Shown here piece by piece: positions 36,541-44,184 of a DNA stretch of 44,184 nucleotides. Position 1 is the stretch's first letter. Every line of letters starts with the position of its first letter. Under the pieces are notes generated by a model. The model did no database searches. It had not been told where the DNA came from and worked only from the letters and a program-made list of their open reading frames with translations. Source of the stretch: a virus (lineage: Duplodnaviria > Caudoviricetes); the IMG/VR virus record IMGVR_UViG_3300049167_000131, positions 1-44,184 of that record. The stretch is one strand, 5' to 3'. The translations under genes and the position numbers were made by a program.

Positions 36541-36891
36541 ATGTCTAGACGCTCTCAGTCACGGTTTAAGATCGACGATAAAGCCTACCCGGTCCGCGTG
36601 AAGGTCATCGTTCCGGATGGCGGGATGCAGCTGATCTCAGGCCGAGTCAGCGCCTGGCTCACAGCCGAGCTTGATAAGTTGGCGTGGTCTTGGGGACCCG
36701 CTCCGGCAACGGGCTGCGGGCAAGTGACGGCCTACCACTTCCGCAGGTTAGAGGATGCGCAGCGCTTTACGACCGCGTTCCCGGAGCTTGTTCTAGCAGA
36801 CGACGTGGACGCTCTGGCACATCGCGTCGGCGGAGACCGCACAGGAGATCGCTCGTTCTCCGCTGGACCTGGGCGACGCGACAGAGACTAG
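36541..36891 (+). CDS. Hypothetical protein, probably SOS-regulated
   Basis: MSRRSQSRFKIDDKAYPVRV...YHFRRLEDAQRF..AFPELVLAD; LexA box upstream. Confidence 0.7.
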   Translation: MSRRSQSRFKIDDKAYPVRVKVIVPDGGMQLISGRVSAWLTAELDKLAWSWGPAPATGCGQVTAYHFRRLEDAQRFTTAFPELVLADDVDALAHRVGGDRTGDRSFSAGPGRRDRD

Positions 36892-37319
36892 CTGCAGCGA
36901 TGGTCGCGCCAATAGCGGTCCCATCGTAGCGCCCATCCGCCGCGGATCATAGCGCAGGACAGATCCCCGCCCTTTGGCGAGACACACCAAGCGGCAGTGC
37001 GGGTTCCGCCTCCGCTGCCGACAGATCGGCATTGCATGGTGGGGCCGCGCACAAGGATATGGCCTTCCCCGCTTCGGCCAGTCGACTTGCCCACCAGGGC
37101 CACCAGCGCGTTGCGTGACGCCTCTGCGCTAGCCTTAGGGCACGGCTGGTTGGTTCGGCAGGTTCCGTCGCTCTCGCGGGCTGCGATGCCTGACAGCCGG
37201 ATGCGCGGTCCCTCGGCACACCACACCGGGCCGTCCCCGTCCCAAACGCGAGTGGGCGTACACTCGAAGCTCTGGCCGGCTGGAATGACCGCAACAGCCA
37301 GGAATGCGAGTATCGACAT
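36888..37319 (-). CDS. Secreted thermonuclease (SNase-like) protein
   Basis: Signal peptide; RVWDGDG, RIRLSGIAARE, RTAAWC, DLSCAMIRGGWA. Confidence 0.8.
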   Translation of the reverse strand: MSILAFLAVAVIPAGQSFECTPTRVWDGDGPVWCAEGPRIRLSGIAARESDGTCRTNQPCPKASAEASRNALVALVGKSTGRSGEGHILVRGPTMQCRSVGSGGGTRTAAWCVSPKGGDLSCAMIRGGWALRWDRYWRDHRCS

Positions 37320-37441
37320 CGCCTGCGCATAAGCGCCCGCCGGATGGTCCTGCAACTTCCTTCGTAGGAGCCTGAAGGGTATAGGTCACGGGGGCCCCAC
37401 CTTCCCCATTCCGTAACGTCGGACCCGCATCAACTCCCGCT

Positions 37442-38596
37442 TCAGCTCAGCTCCGCCGGCACCTCATCATATGCGATGAGCAGTGCATCGCGGATTGCAG
37501 CAGCCCGGGTGTCGCCACCTTTCAGCTGCTTCACCAAGGCACCCCATTCTTCGGCGTCGCGCATTTGCAGTGCTCGGAATAAGCGGTCAGGGTCAAAGCC
37601 TTCTGGCGGCGATCCAAGGACCTTCACAATACCGAGGAAGATCGATCCAGAGTGCAGCACCTTCTGACCGGCAAAAGCCTCGGCAATGTTTGTGAGCGCA
37701 GCGGAGGCGATTGCCGCACCGTGCTTGCGGATCGTACTCGCTATAGAAGTGGTGAAGGCGATCTCTCCCGGCCTCCAAGCTGCCGACGCGGTGTTTCGCG
37801 TGATCTGAAGACCCGCATCAGCGACCAACTGTTGGATCTCCATCGCGTCTTCGTCGGCCGCGGCGAGCGCTGCATGGAAATCATCCAGGCGGTTCATCGG
37901 CTTCCTGGCCCGGTTGGCAGCAATGAACATCCGCGCCTCTTCCTCAGGGCCTTCGTAGCTGAAGACACAGCAGGGAAGCTGTGGAATGTCGCCCCGGCGT
38001 TTAGCCGCCAGTGTTCGATGCTGCCCGTCAATGACCACAAGGGTTTGATCCGGCCGCCGGGAGACCACGAGTGGTGCGCACAGCCTCCAGTCGAATTTCG
38101 CCGCGATCGAGGTAATGAGGCGGCGCGAGGCATCGTTATCCGTCGATCGCTGGTAGGCGGAGTCCACTGACAACCGCTCCAGGTGCACCCATTCAATTGT
38201 TGGTAGCGCGCCAAGCGGGGGAGCATATGACCGCTGACGATCGGCAGCGCGCTTGCGAGTTGACCGACGCTTCAGCGGAGCGCAGCCAGACCGATCGACA
38301 GACTTCCCCGGGCCTATGGGATGTGCTGGCGCTGCGCGATCGAGCGCATCAAGTTCAGAGAGCAACGCACCCGCTTCCTGAGGATCTCGCGAATAGACGA
38401 CGCCTTCCCGTAGGAGAGCAACCTGACCTACATGCACGCGCGCCCGTGCCGCGTCTCGGCCGATCCTGGTATGCACCAGGAGCGAGCCGTTATGATCCCG
38501 TTGCGCAGCCAGGTGAGGTTCGATCCATTCAGGAAGCGCGTTCCTACCGTTGTTGATCCATGACTGGGTCGCTGTGCTGCTTGCCTGAACTTCCAT
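37442..38596 (-). CDS. ParB/Srx-like N-terminal domain protein (DUF6551-like)
   Basis: LSVDSAYQR, PLVVSRR, VIDGQHR.LAA, EARMF...N motifs. Confidence 0.75.
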   Translation of the reverse strand: MEVQASSTATQSWINNGRNALPEWIEPHLAAQRDHNGSLLVHTRIGRDAARARVHVGQVALLREGVVYSRDPQEAGALLSELDALDRAAPAHPIGPGKSVDRSGCAPLKRRSTRKRAADRQRSYAPPLGALPTIEWVHLERLSVDSAYQRSTDNDASRRLITSIAAKFDWRLCAPLVVSRRPDQTLVVIDGQHRTLAAKRRGDIPQLPCCVFSYEGPEEEARMFIAANRARKPMNRLDDFHAALAAADEDAMEIQQLVADAGLQITRNTASAAWRPGEIAFTTSIASTIRKHGAAIASAALTNIAEAFAGQKVLHSGSIFLGIVKVLGSPPEGFDPDRLFRALQMRDAEEWGALVKQLKGGDTRAAAIRDALLIAYDEVPAELS

Positions 38597-39114
38597 TGCG
38601 AAATCCTCTCGAAGCCGGCCAACGAGGGACTCGGGGCCTGGGGAGCAATGGAAATGGTTGCAGGTGTTAGAGTCCAATCGAGGACTGTCATGGATGTTGA
38701 GAGCACGGTTAACAATCGGCTCACAGACGGGTGACAACAGTGAGGCAAAAGACGAATAGCTCGTCTCTAAACAGTGCCTTGAGAGTGAAGATCTCCGTTC
38801 GACATGATTGCCCGACGTCGGCCGAGCACCTCAACAACCGGGCAGGGGTGATCTAGTACGTGCGAAGGCGCGATGCTGCGCACTCCGTCGCGCTCGCTAC
38901 CGGAGGCAATCCATAGCGCAACGCTACTGCCCTCTAGCACCGGCGGGCTGCCGAGAAACTCGAGCATCGCCAGCTGGTCGGCGGAGTGGCCTGGCGCGCT
39001 GAAGTGCGCGGCTTGTCATCTTCGTCCACCACACCTCCTAGGGCGCCGACGCTTTGGCCGCGGGTACCCCGAGGCGAGCAACCGAGTCGATAAGCTGACG
39101 ACAGGCTAAAACGA

Positions 39115-39141
39115 CTTCGCCGCCCACTAGGGGCGGCGAAG
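39115..39141 (-). terminator. GC hairpin downstream of the HEPN-motif gene
   Basis: CTTCGCCGCCC...GGGCGGCGAAG inverted repeat, followed by GTTTT on the minus strand. Confidence 0.5.
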
Positions 39142-39285
39142 GGTGAAAACTAAGGGCGATAGAAGGTTAGTCGCCAGTGCTCATCATGATCTCCCTTCAA
39201 CGGGCAGGGGGGCTTGTACCTGCAATTCGTATCCGAACCGTTGACACCGATTCAGATGCAACGTGGGATCAGGCGTGTCAAACAG

Positions 39286-40602
39286 TTAGGTATGGTTCTC
39301 GTGCAACACAACCTCACCTGACACCGCAACGATCAAATGTACCCATGGTTGCAGCAGTTTTGCGTTCCGGGCTGTCGGCAAGATGACTCGTCCGGCTTGA
39401 TCCTCGCCCCCGTGTGCGAGCGCGTTGCGAATATTTCTGAACATTCCCGCCATCGATAAAATGACCGTTGGGCCAAGCCTAGAGATATTGTCAACGTCAT
39501 CAACCAGCTTTGGTAGCTCAAATCCGCCGTCGAAGGTGACGGTTTGGGTGAACGCCTGCGGGTTGGCGCAAATTTCCGGCCAGATCACCTCGCGTCGAGT
39601 GAGCTCATTCACGACAGACTTAAACCGATTTACGCTATCAGGCTTCTCTTCTCGGATGAGGCCAACCAGCGCATCCACAGATGGCTCGATTTTTGAAAGA
39701 AGGGCAGGATCAGCCAAAATCCTCTTTACCTGAAGAAGCTTTTCATTCTTTAAATATGAAGACGAGACGAACTCAATGATGCGATAGCAATAGAGGAATT
39801 TATTCTCGGGATCTGCATCGGCAGCTGCTAGCCAAAAGGAAAGAAGAGTCGGATTTAGCTCTCGAGAAGTTATGGCTTCTGGAAAGGTCCCATGGACGAA
39901 GCGCACCTTGGCGCTAACGGAGGTGCTATCTTCTGGCGGATGTATGAGAATAAAGGGCGCTATACCGTCATAATACCTGAGGTAGAACGAAATGTGCCGG
40001 AGAACGTTTATTGTCTCCTCCTCCTGCCAATCGATTTCCTCCACAAAAAAGGAGAGAGGCCTTCCAAATTGCGAGCGAATGTATTTTTCAACCTCCCCTT
40101 CACCCATGGGCCGCTCTAAATAGTCAGCGAAAGAGGCTAGGCTCCTGTAGCGTGTTGCAGAGTTCTGCGGGAAAAGAGCGTTAGCAGCTATCGCTAGGAG
40201 CCTATCGCTGCTGCCTCCAAAGTGGCACTTGAGCGCTCCCCCTTTGAAGTGGAAGTCGAACTTGCGGCCATCGATTTCCTTGAGGTTGGGGCTCAGTGCG
40301 CGGGCCGTGAAAATGACCTCCAGTCTGCGTTGGTCCCGATGATACAACGCACTTAGACGGGGCGGCAATAGAAGCGAGTTAAGCGCAGCGACCAGCTCGT
40401 CGTAATCGCCTCCGATTGAGGGCACCTTAATAACCACAGAGGGATCACCCCACGGCATTGTGACCAAAGGGATCTGAAGGTCACCTTCAGACAATTGCAC
40501 CTTCACCTCGGGATTGCTGCCGAGGAATGACGCTAGGTCTTGAGTTACCTTGTCGAGGCCAAGATCAAGCTGCTTCTCATCAACTTCCGTTGCATCTTCC
40601 AT
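39286..40602 (-). CDS. Putative HEPN-domain protein (ApeA/MauJ-like architecture)
   Basis: 438 aa, AT-richer; KFLYCYRIIEF helix and C-terminal RNALAH (Rx4H). Confidence 0.65.
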   Translation of the reverse strand: MEDATEVDEKQLDLGLDKVTQDLASFLGSNPEVKVQLSEGDLQIPLVTMPWGDPSVVIKVPSIGGDYDELVAALNSLLLPPRLSALYHRDQRRLEVIFTARALSPNLKEIDGRKFDFHFKGGALKCHFGGSSDRLLAIAANALFPQNSATRYRSLASFADYLERPMGEGEVEKYIRSQFGRPLSFFVEEIDWQEEETINVLRHISFYLRYYDGIAPFILIHPPEDSTSVSAKVRFVHGTFPEAITSRELNPTLLSFWLAAADADPENKFLYCYRIIEFVSSSYLKNEKLLQVKRILADPALLSKIEPSVDALVGLIREEKPDSVNRFKSVVNELTRREVIWPEICANPQAFTQTVTFDGGFELPKLVDDVDNISRLGPTVILSMAGMFRNIRNALAHGGEDQAGRVILPTARNAKLLQPWVHLIVAVSGEVVLHENHT

Positions 40603-40694
40603 ACTATACTATACACCCCCGCGCGCTATCTGTGTTGAGCCTCAGCGAGACAGCTAGGTGCGTCTCGTATGAGAAGGCCTTCTATTTGGCCGGC

Positions 40695-41030
40695 TCAGCC
40701 GTACTTCTGGTGGAAAGATTCCTCGCCCATGCAGGCGTAAATGATGCCCTCCACGAAGGCGACGATCGCAGGAATGAAGGTCCAGAAGAAGATGAGGTAA
40801 AGCACGCCCCAGCCGACCCGGCCAAGGTAGAACTTGTGCGCGCCGAACCCGCCGAGCAACAGCGCGAGCAGCACCGCACCAACGCGGCTTTTCGCCTCGA
40901 TGCTTCTGCCCCCTTGGGGCGCGCCACATGACGGGCAACTCCTCGCGTCCTTGTGAATGACTTTCGCGCAGCCGCTGCAATACTTTTGGTCTAGAAGCCG
41001 GTCTGCGGCTGGTTCGGCCGTCGTTGCCAT
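40695..41030 (-). CDS. TM2-domain protein with N-terminal zinc ribbon
   Basis: YCSGC...CPSCG; KSRVGAVLLALLLGGFGAHKFYLG. Confidence 0.9.
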   Translation of the reverse strand: MATTAEPAADRLLDQKYCSGCAKVIHKDARSCPSCGAPQGGRSIEAKSRVGAVLLALLLGGFGAHKFYLGRVGWGVLYLIFFWTFIPAIVAFVEGIIYACMGEESFHQKYG

Positions 41031-41282
41031 TTCGATTCCCCCTGTTGAAGCCCCGCTTCTAGCCACCAGAGGGTTAGGTCTTTGTCAATCGACGGACATT
41101 TACCCGTCAGCAGCTGAGCCAGTCGAGCTCCGCATCATCCAGCGCCTCGAGGCATCTGGCTCCACACCCAGAACCCGCAGGCGGTGAACGGGTCGCCGCA
41201 CCCTGCCCGATCGATCGGCGGAACAACGCCTTTTCGGACGCGTGGAAGCGATCCTCTTGGCAGAGGACACTTGCTGAAAAGC

Positions 41283-41471
41283 TTAGAGGTCGGCACCTCG
41301 CTTCAGCAGCGCACGCCGCTGAAGCGTTGCAGTGATGCAGTACGGAATGCCAACTATCGCCACAGCGAGAGCGGCGGCGGCGGCTTCCTGAGGCGCTCCG
41401 TTCGCCCCTCCGATGCCCGCAATAAGAATGAGTGCAGCGAGTACGCCGCAGATGATTGTAATGATTTCCAT
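41283..41471 (-). CDS. Small 2-TM membrane protein
   Basis: MEIITIICGVLAALILIAGIGGANGAPQEAAAAALAVAIVGIPYCI... Confidence 0.7.
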   Translation of the reverse strand: MEIITIICGVLAALILIAGIGGANGAPQEAAAAALAVAIVGIPYCITATLQRRALLKRGADL

Positions 41472-41658
41472 GGTGCGCAAAGTCAGTCTCCCCCCGAAGG
41501 GAGACTTGCACTCGAATCAGGTCTGATGCAATCTGTCCGTGGGCGTAGAAACCCGGACCGAGATAGCGACCATTTGCCCGTTGGCGCGGGCTTGATCGTG
41601 ACGCGAGCTTGGCGGCTCGTAGTGCGCATGCTTGGCGGCATGTCGCGACCTGGCTCTT

Positions 41659-41745
41659 ATGGCCGGGGGCGACGCGCCATGTCCAGAGCATTCGTGCTTA
41701 AAAGCCGTCGGCCTGTCTCTCGGCAGGTTTCTACCCCCCGGCTCC
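41659..41745 (+). ncRNA. C4-like antisense RNA
   Basis: Closing helix GCCGGGGG/CCCCCGGC; TCTCTCGG (41716-41723) and TTTCTAC (41728-41734) are complementary to GTAGAAA...CCGAGA targets upstream (41545-41563) and downstream (41766-41786). Confidence 0.75.
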
Positions 41746-41794
41746 AGCCCGCCGCTGGAACGGCCGTAGAAAGCCGAAACCGAGAGTACGAACC

Positions 41795-42388
41795 ATGCAA
41801 CAGATTGCGATCATGGAGCGCGAGGGAGCCCCTCTGCGCTTCCAACTGGAAGGCGACTACAACGCGAGCGACATCGGCGCCGCGGTTGATGCCCTCATAA
41901 CCCTGCTCGACAAGCGCTTTGCGCCGTACGACCCTGACGAGCCGATTTTCAGCCGCGCTATCAGCGATGGCAAGGCAGGCGACCCTGACGACGCAGAGCC
42001 AGAAGCCGATCTAGAGGCAGGCGCCTATGTCGAATGGCATACCAAACCGCGCGTTCTGCGAACCCTGCAGGAGTTCAACGTTGGCCACGAGGATGACGAG
42101 GACGCTGACCCGGCCGAAGAAGATGATCCCTCGGGCCAATGCGATGAAGACGGGATCAACACGAACCTCACTGCCCAATGGGCTGCGGAACCTGGTTGCG
42201 CAGTTTCCGATCCAGGTGAGGACGGCGACAGCGACCGTTGCGAAGCTGGCGACGATCACATTATCGCAGGCGCAGTGGCGCTGAACGATTTCTGGATCCA
42301 TCGCCGTGGCCTCCACATCGGCGCTGAGTGCGACCGCGAGCCGAACGGGGACGAAGGCGACTACAGCGAAGGCTTACCTCATCGTTGA
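41795..42388 (+). CDS. Highly acidic hypothetical protein downstream of the C4-like RNA
   Basis: 197 aa, about one quarter Asp/Glu by hand count; start adjacent to the downstream antisense target. Confidence 0.75.
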   Translation: MQQIAIMEREGAPLRFQLEGDYNASDIGAAVDALITLLDKRFAPYDPDEPIFSRAISDGKAGDPDDAEPEADLEAGAYVEWHTKPRVLRTLQEFNVGHEDDEDADPAEEDDPSGQCDEDGINTNLTAQWAAEPGCAVSDPGEDGDSDRCEAGDDHIIAGAVALNDFWIHRRGLHIGAECDREPNGDEGDYSEGLPHR

Positions 42389-42414
42389 ACGGTAATCGTC
42401 AAAGTAAACTTGGC

Positions 42415-42446
42415 ACCCGTCGGCTTCGCGGCCGGCGGGTTTTTTT
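42415..42446 (+). terminator. Intrinsic terminator
   Basis: ACCCGTCGGC-TTCGCG-GCCGGCGGGT followed by a T run. Confidence 0.85.
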
Positions 42447-42460
42447 CGTCGCGCGGCACT

Positions 42461-42742
42461 TCATTCCTTGATCAGAGTGCCCCAATCGACATCAGTCTCA
42501 GCGACAACGAGATTGATGCCGCAGGTATCACCAAGATAGCGGAATAGGCGCGATACGACTTTCCCCGAGAACTGGATTCGCCCCTCAGTGTCCCCCATTC
42601 CAAGGCCAACCTGCACAAAGTCGCCGACATTCGGCACGAGCGCAAATTCCTGATCCGTCACACCGATATCTAAAGCGATGCCATTGTCGAGAGGACGCTG
42701 CGCGCCCTTAGGGAGGTACTGAGCTTCCACGTAATACTTCAT
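42461..42742 (-). CDS. Hypothetical protein (93 aa)
   Basis: AAAGGA RBS before MKYYVEAQY; beta-rich; converges on the terminator. Confidence 0.65.
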   Translation of the reverse strand: MKYYVEAQYLPKGAQRPLDNGIALDIGVTDQEFALVPNVGDFVQVGLGMGDTEGRIQFSGKVVSRLFRYLGDTCGINLVVAETDVDWGTLIKE

Positions 42743-42943
42743 AACGTGTTTCCTTTTTTCTAGTGGCCCTACGCCATCATAAGATGCCTTCAAGCAGCGC
42801 ATGTCGCAGACGTGTTGCACGGACTCGCCGGCAACGCATGGAAAACGGCGGAAATGCGCGGTTCTCGGGAGCAACACGGCGCAACGCACATTCGCGCCCT
42901 AGATCGCCACGCAATCCCGCTAAGTGCCTGGCAATGTTAAGAA

Positions 42944-42998
42944 AGGTCCTGGATGCCCCGCGTGGATTCGAACCACGATAAACGGATTCAGAGTCCGT
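42944..42998 (+). repeat. att direct repeat, right copy
   Basis: Identical to 73..127. Confidence 0.96.
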
Positions 42999-43023
42999 TG
43001 TCTTACCATTAGACGACGGGGCA
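42950..43023 (-). tRNA. tRNA-Gln (anticodon CTG)
   Basis: TGCCCCGTCGTCTAATGGTAAGACAACGGACTCTGAATCCGTTTATCGTGGTTCGAATCCACGCGGGGCATCCA: cloverleaf, GTTCGAA T-loop, encoded CCA. Confidence 0.96.
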
Positions 43024-43166
43024 ATCTGGAGCGGCGCATCTAGAAAGGTGCACCGTTCGCGTCAACCCGCTGGAATGCACGCAACTTGCCGGGCCTGTGT
43101 GGTTTCGCTAGCTTGGCCCCAGGTTCCGCCTTCGGGCGGGTGAGAACGATAAGTGAGTTTTGGTAC

Positions 43167-44184
43167 ATGGCGGATTTCAATCCGCCGGACGAGCGGCGGG
43201 GTGCCGCGGGGATCGATCGCAGCGGAACGCCGGCGGTCGAGCCGCCTTCAGTGCACTCCGACACCGCCGGCGACGACAAGACAAATGGCTCGCAGTCGGG
43301 CCTGCAGGCGGGCCCCTCCTGGCGCCGCCGAGGCCCCGGGCAGCCGGGGCAAGCCTACGCCGCTATCGACTTGGGAACGAACAATTGCCGGCTGCTCATT
43401 GCCCGGCCTTCAGATCGGAATTTCGTGGTCATCGATGCATTCAGCCGAGTCGTTCGGCTTGGCGAAGGTCTGTCGCAGACTGGGCGCCTCAACCCAGCAG
43501 CGATGGACCGGGCGGTCGGAGCGCTCGCGATCTGTTCGGAAAAGCTGAAGCGGCGTAACGTGCACCTGGCCCGATCGGTCGCCACCGAGGCGTGCCGCCG
43601 TGCCAGCAACGGCAGCGAATTCATCGAACGGGTCTGGCGGGAAACGGGGATCCGGCTGGACGTGATCTCGGCCCAGGAAGAAGCACGCCTGGCCGTGCTC
43701 GGGTGCCACATCCTGCTCGAGGATGGCATCGGACCAGCGGTGATTTTCGACATCGGCGGCGGATCGACCGAACTGGTGCTGATCGAACCAGGCGCACCGG
43801 TGCCGCGCATTCTCGACTGGCAAAGCGTACCCTGGGGCGTGGTTTCGTTGAGCGAGACCGTGGGCGAGGAAGACGGATCGGAAAGCGCGCGACTGGCCCG
43901 CTACGTTGAGATGCGTCGCATCGTGGCGGAAAGCTTCGCCCCGTTCGCTCGCCGAATCGCAACCCAGCAAACGCCTGACCTTCGCCTGCTCGGCACCAGC
44001 GGCACGGTGACCACCCTGGCAAGCCTGCATCTAGAATTGGCGCAATACGATCGCCAAGCGGTCGACGGGCTGATCGTGCCCGCCGCATCGATGCGCGAGA
44101 TCGCCGCTCGCCTTTCGAGGATGTCGATCGAACAGCGCCGCCGCCTGCCCTGCATCGGCAGCGAGCGGGCCGACCTGGTGGTGG
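43167..44184 (+). CDS. ppx: Ppx/GppA phosphatase family protein (host; truncated by window end)
   Basis: YAAIDLGTNNCRLLIA, FSRVVRLGEGL, VATEACRRA, FDIGGGSTEL, LGTSGTVTT. Confidence 0.93.
   Translation, partial: MADFNPPDERRGAAGIDRSGTPAVEPPSVHSDTAGDDKTNGSQSGLQAGPSWRRRGPGQPGQAYAAIDLGTNNCRLLIARPSDRNFVVIDAFSRVVRLGEGLSQTGRLNPAAMDRAVGALAICSEKLKRRNVHLARSVATEACRRASNGSEFIERVWRETGIRLDVISAQEEARLAVLGCHILLEDGIGPAVIFDIGGGSTELVLIEPGAPVPRILDWQSVPWGVVSLSETVGEEDGSESARLARYVEMRRIVAESFAPFARRIATQQTPDLRLLGTSGTVTTLASLHLELAQYDRQAVDGLIVPAASMREIAARLSRMSIEQRRRLPCIGSERADLVV

Larger units (their letters stand above)
73..42998. mobile_element. Temperate siphovirus-like prophage integrated in tRNA-Gln
   Basis: Bounded by a 55-bp direct repeat containing the tRNA 3' part; contains integrase, replication, head, tail and lysis modules. 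Confidence 0.96.

Noticed and set aside
38767-39040. AGGAGG-led minus-strand frames that may join into one gene
   Set aside because: Needs a frameshift and has no recognisable motif; at most an eroded pseudogene
41184-41900. 238-aa plus-strand ORF running through the C4 region (ash-like call)
   Set aside because: Arg/Ser/Pro-rich with no RBS; overlaps a better minus-strand gene and the structured RNA; likely a spurious translation
1-44184. CRISPR array, diversity-generating retroelement, retron or invertible tail-fibre cassette
   Set aside because: No repeat-spacer array, reverse transcriptase motif, TR/VR duplicate or invertase seen by eye; a self dot-plot would be needed to exclude short diverged repeats

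Overview
The window is almost entirely one apparently complete temperate siphovirus prophage (73..42998, ~42.9 kb). The host is a GC-rich alphaproteobacterium, probably a sphingomonad; this is inferred from MucR, a GAAC-N7-GAAC LexA-type box and the tRNA-Gln/ppx neighbourhood. The prophage sits in a minus-strand tRNA-Gln(CTG) gene (42950..43023) and is bounded by a 55-bp direct repeat. Left to right it carries: a tyrosine integrase; an atypical repressor candidate and a divergent excisionase-like gene with three palindromic operators between them; a DUF1376/helicase/primase replication module; a NusG-family antiterminator; HNH, terminases and HK97-type head genes in the order protease-capsid-portal; a non-contractile tail with a frameshifted chaperone; a tailspike beside an O-acyltransferase; a lysis cassette; and ~13 kb of accessory cargo. 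Host ppx/gppA starts at the right edge. Strongest leads: (1) a C4-like antisense-RNA cassette with three UUGGCG-loop hairpins controlling a very acidic protein (41506..42446); (2) an unannotated lipoprotein/small helical protein/2-TM protein trio (30332..32920); (3) a HEPN-motif protein; (4) a non-CI genetic switch; (5) a NusG paralog followed by a structured RNA; (6) several sub-60-aa membrane peptides and a candidate sRNA missed by the ORF track. All family names come from recognised motifs, not database searches.
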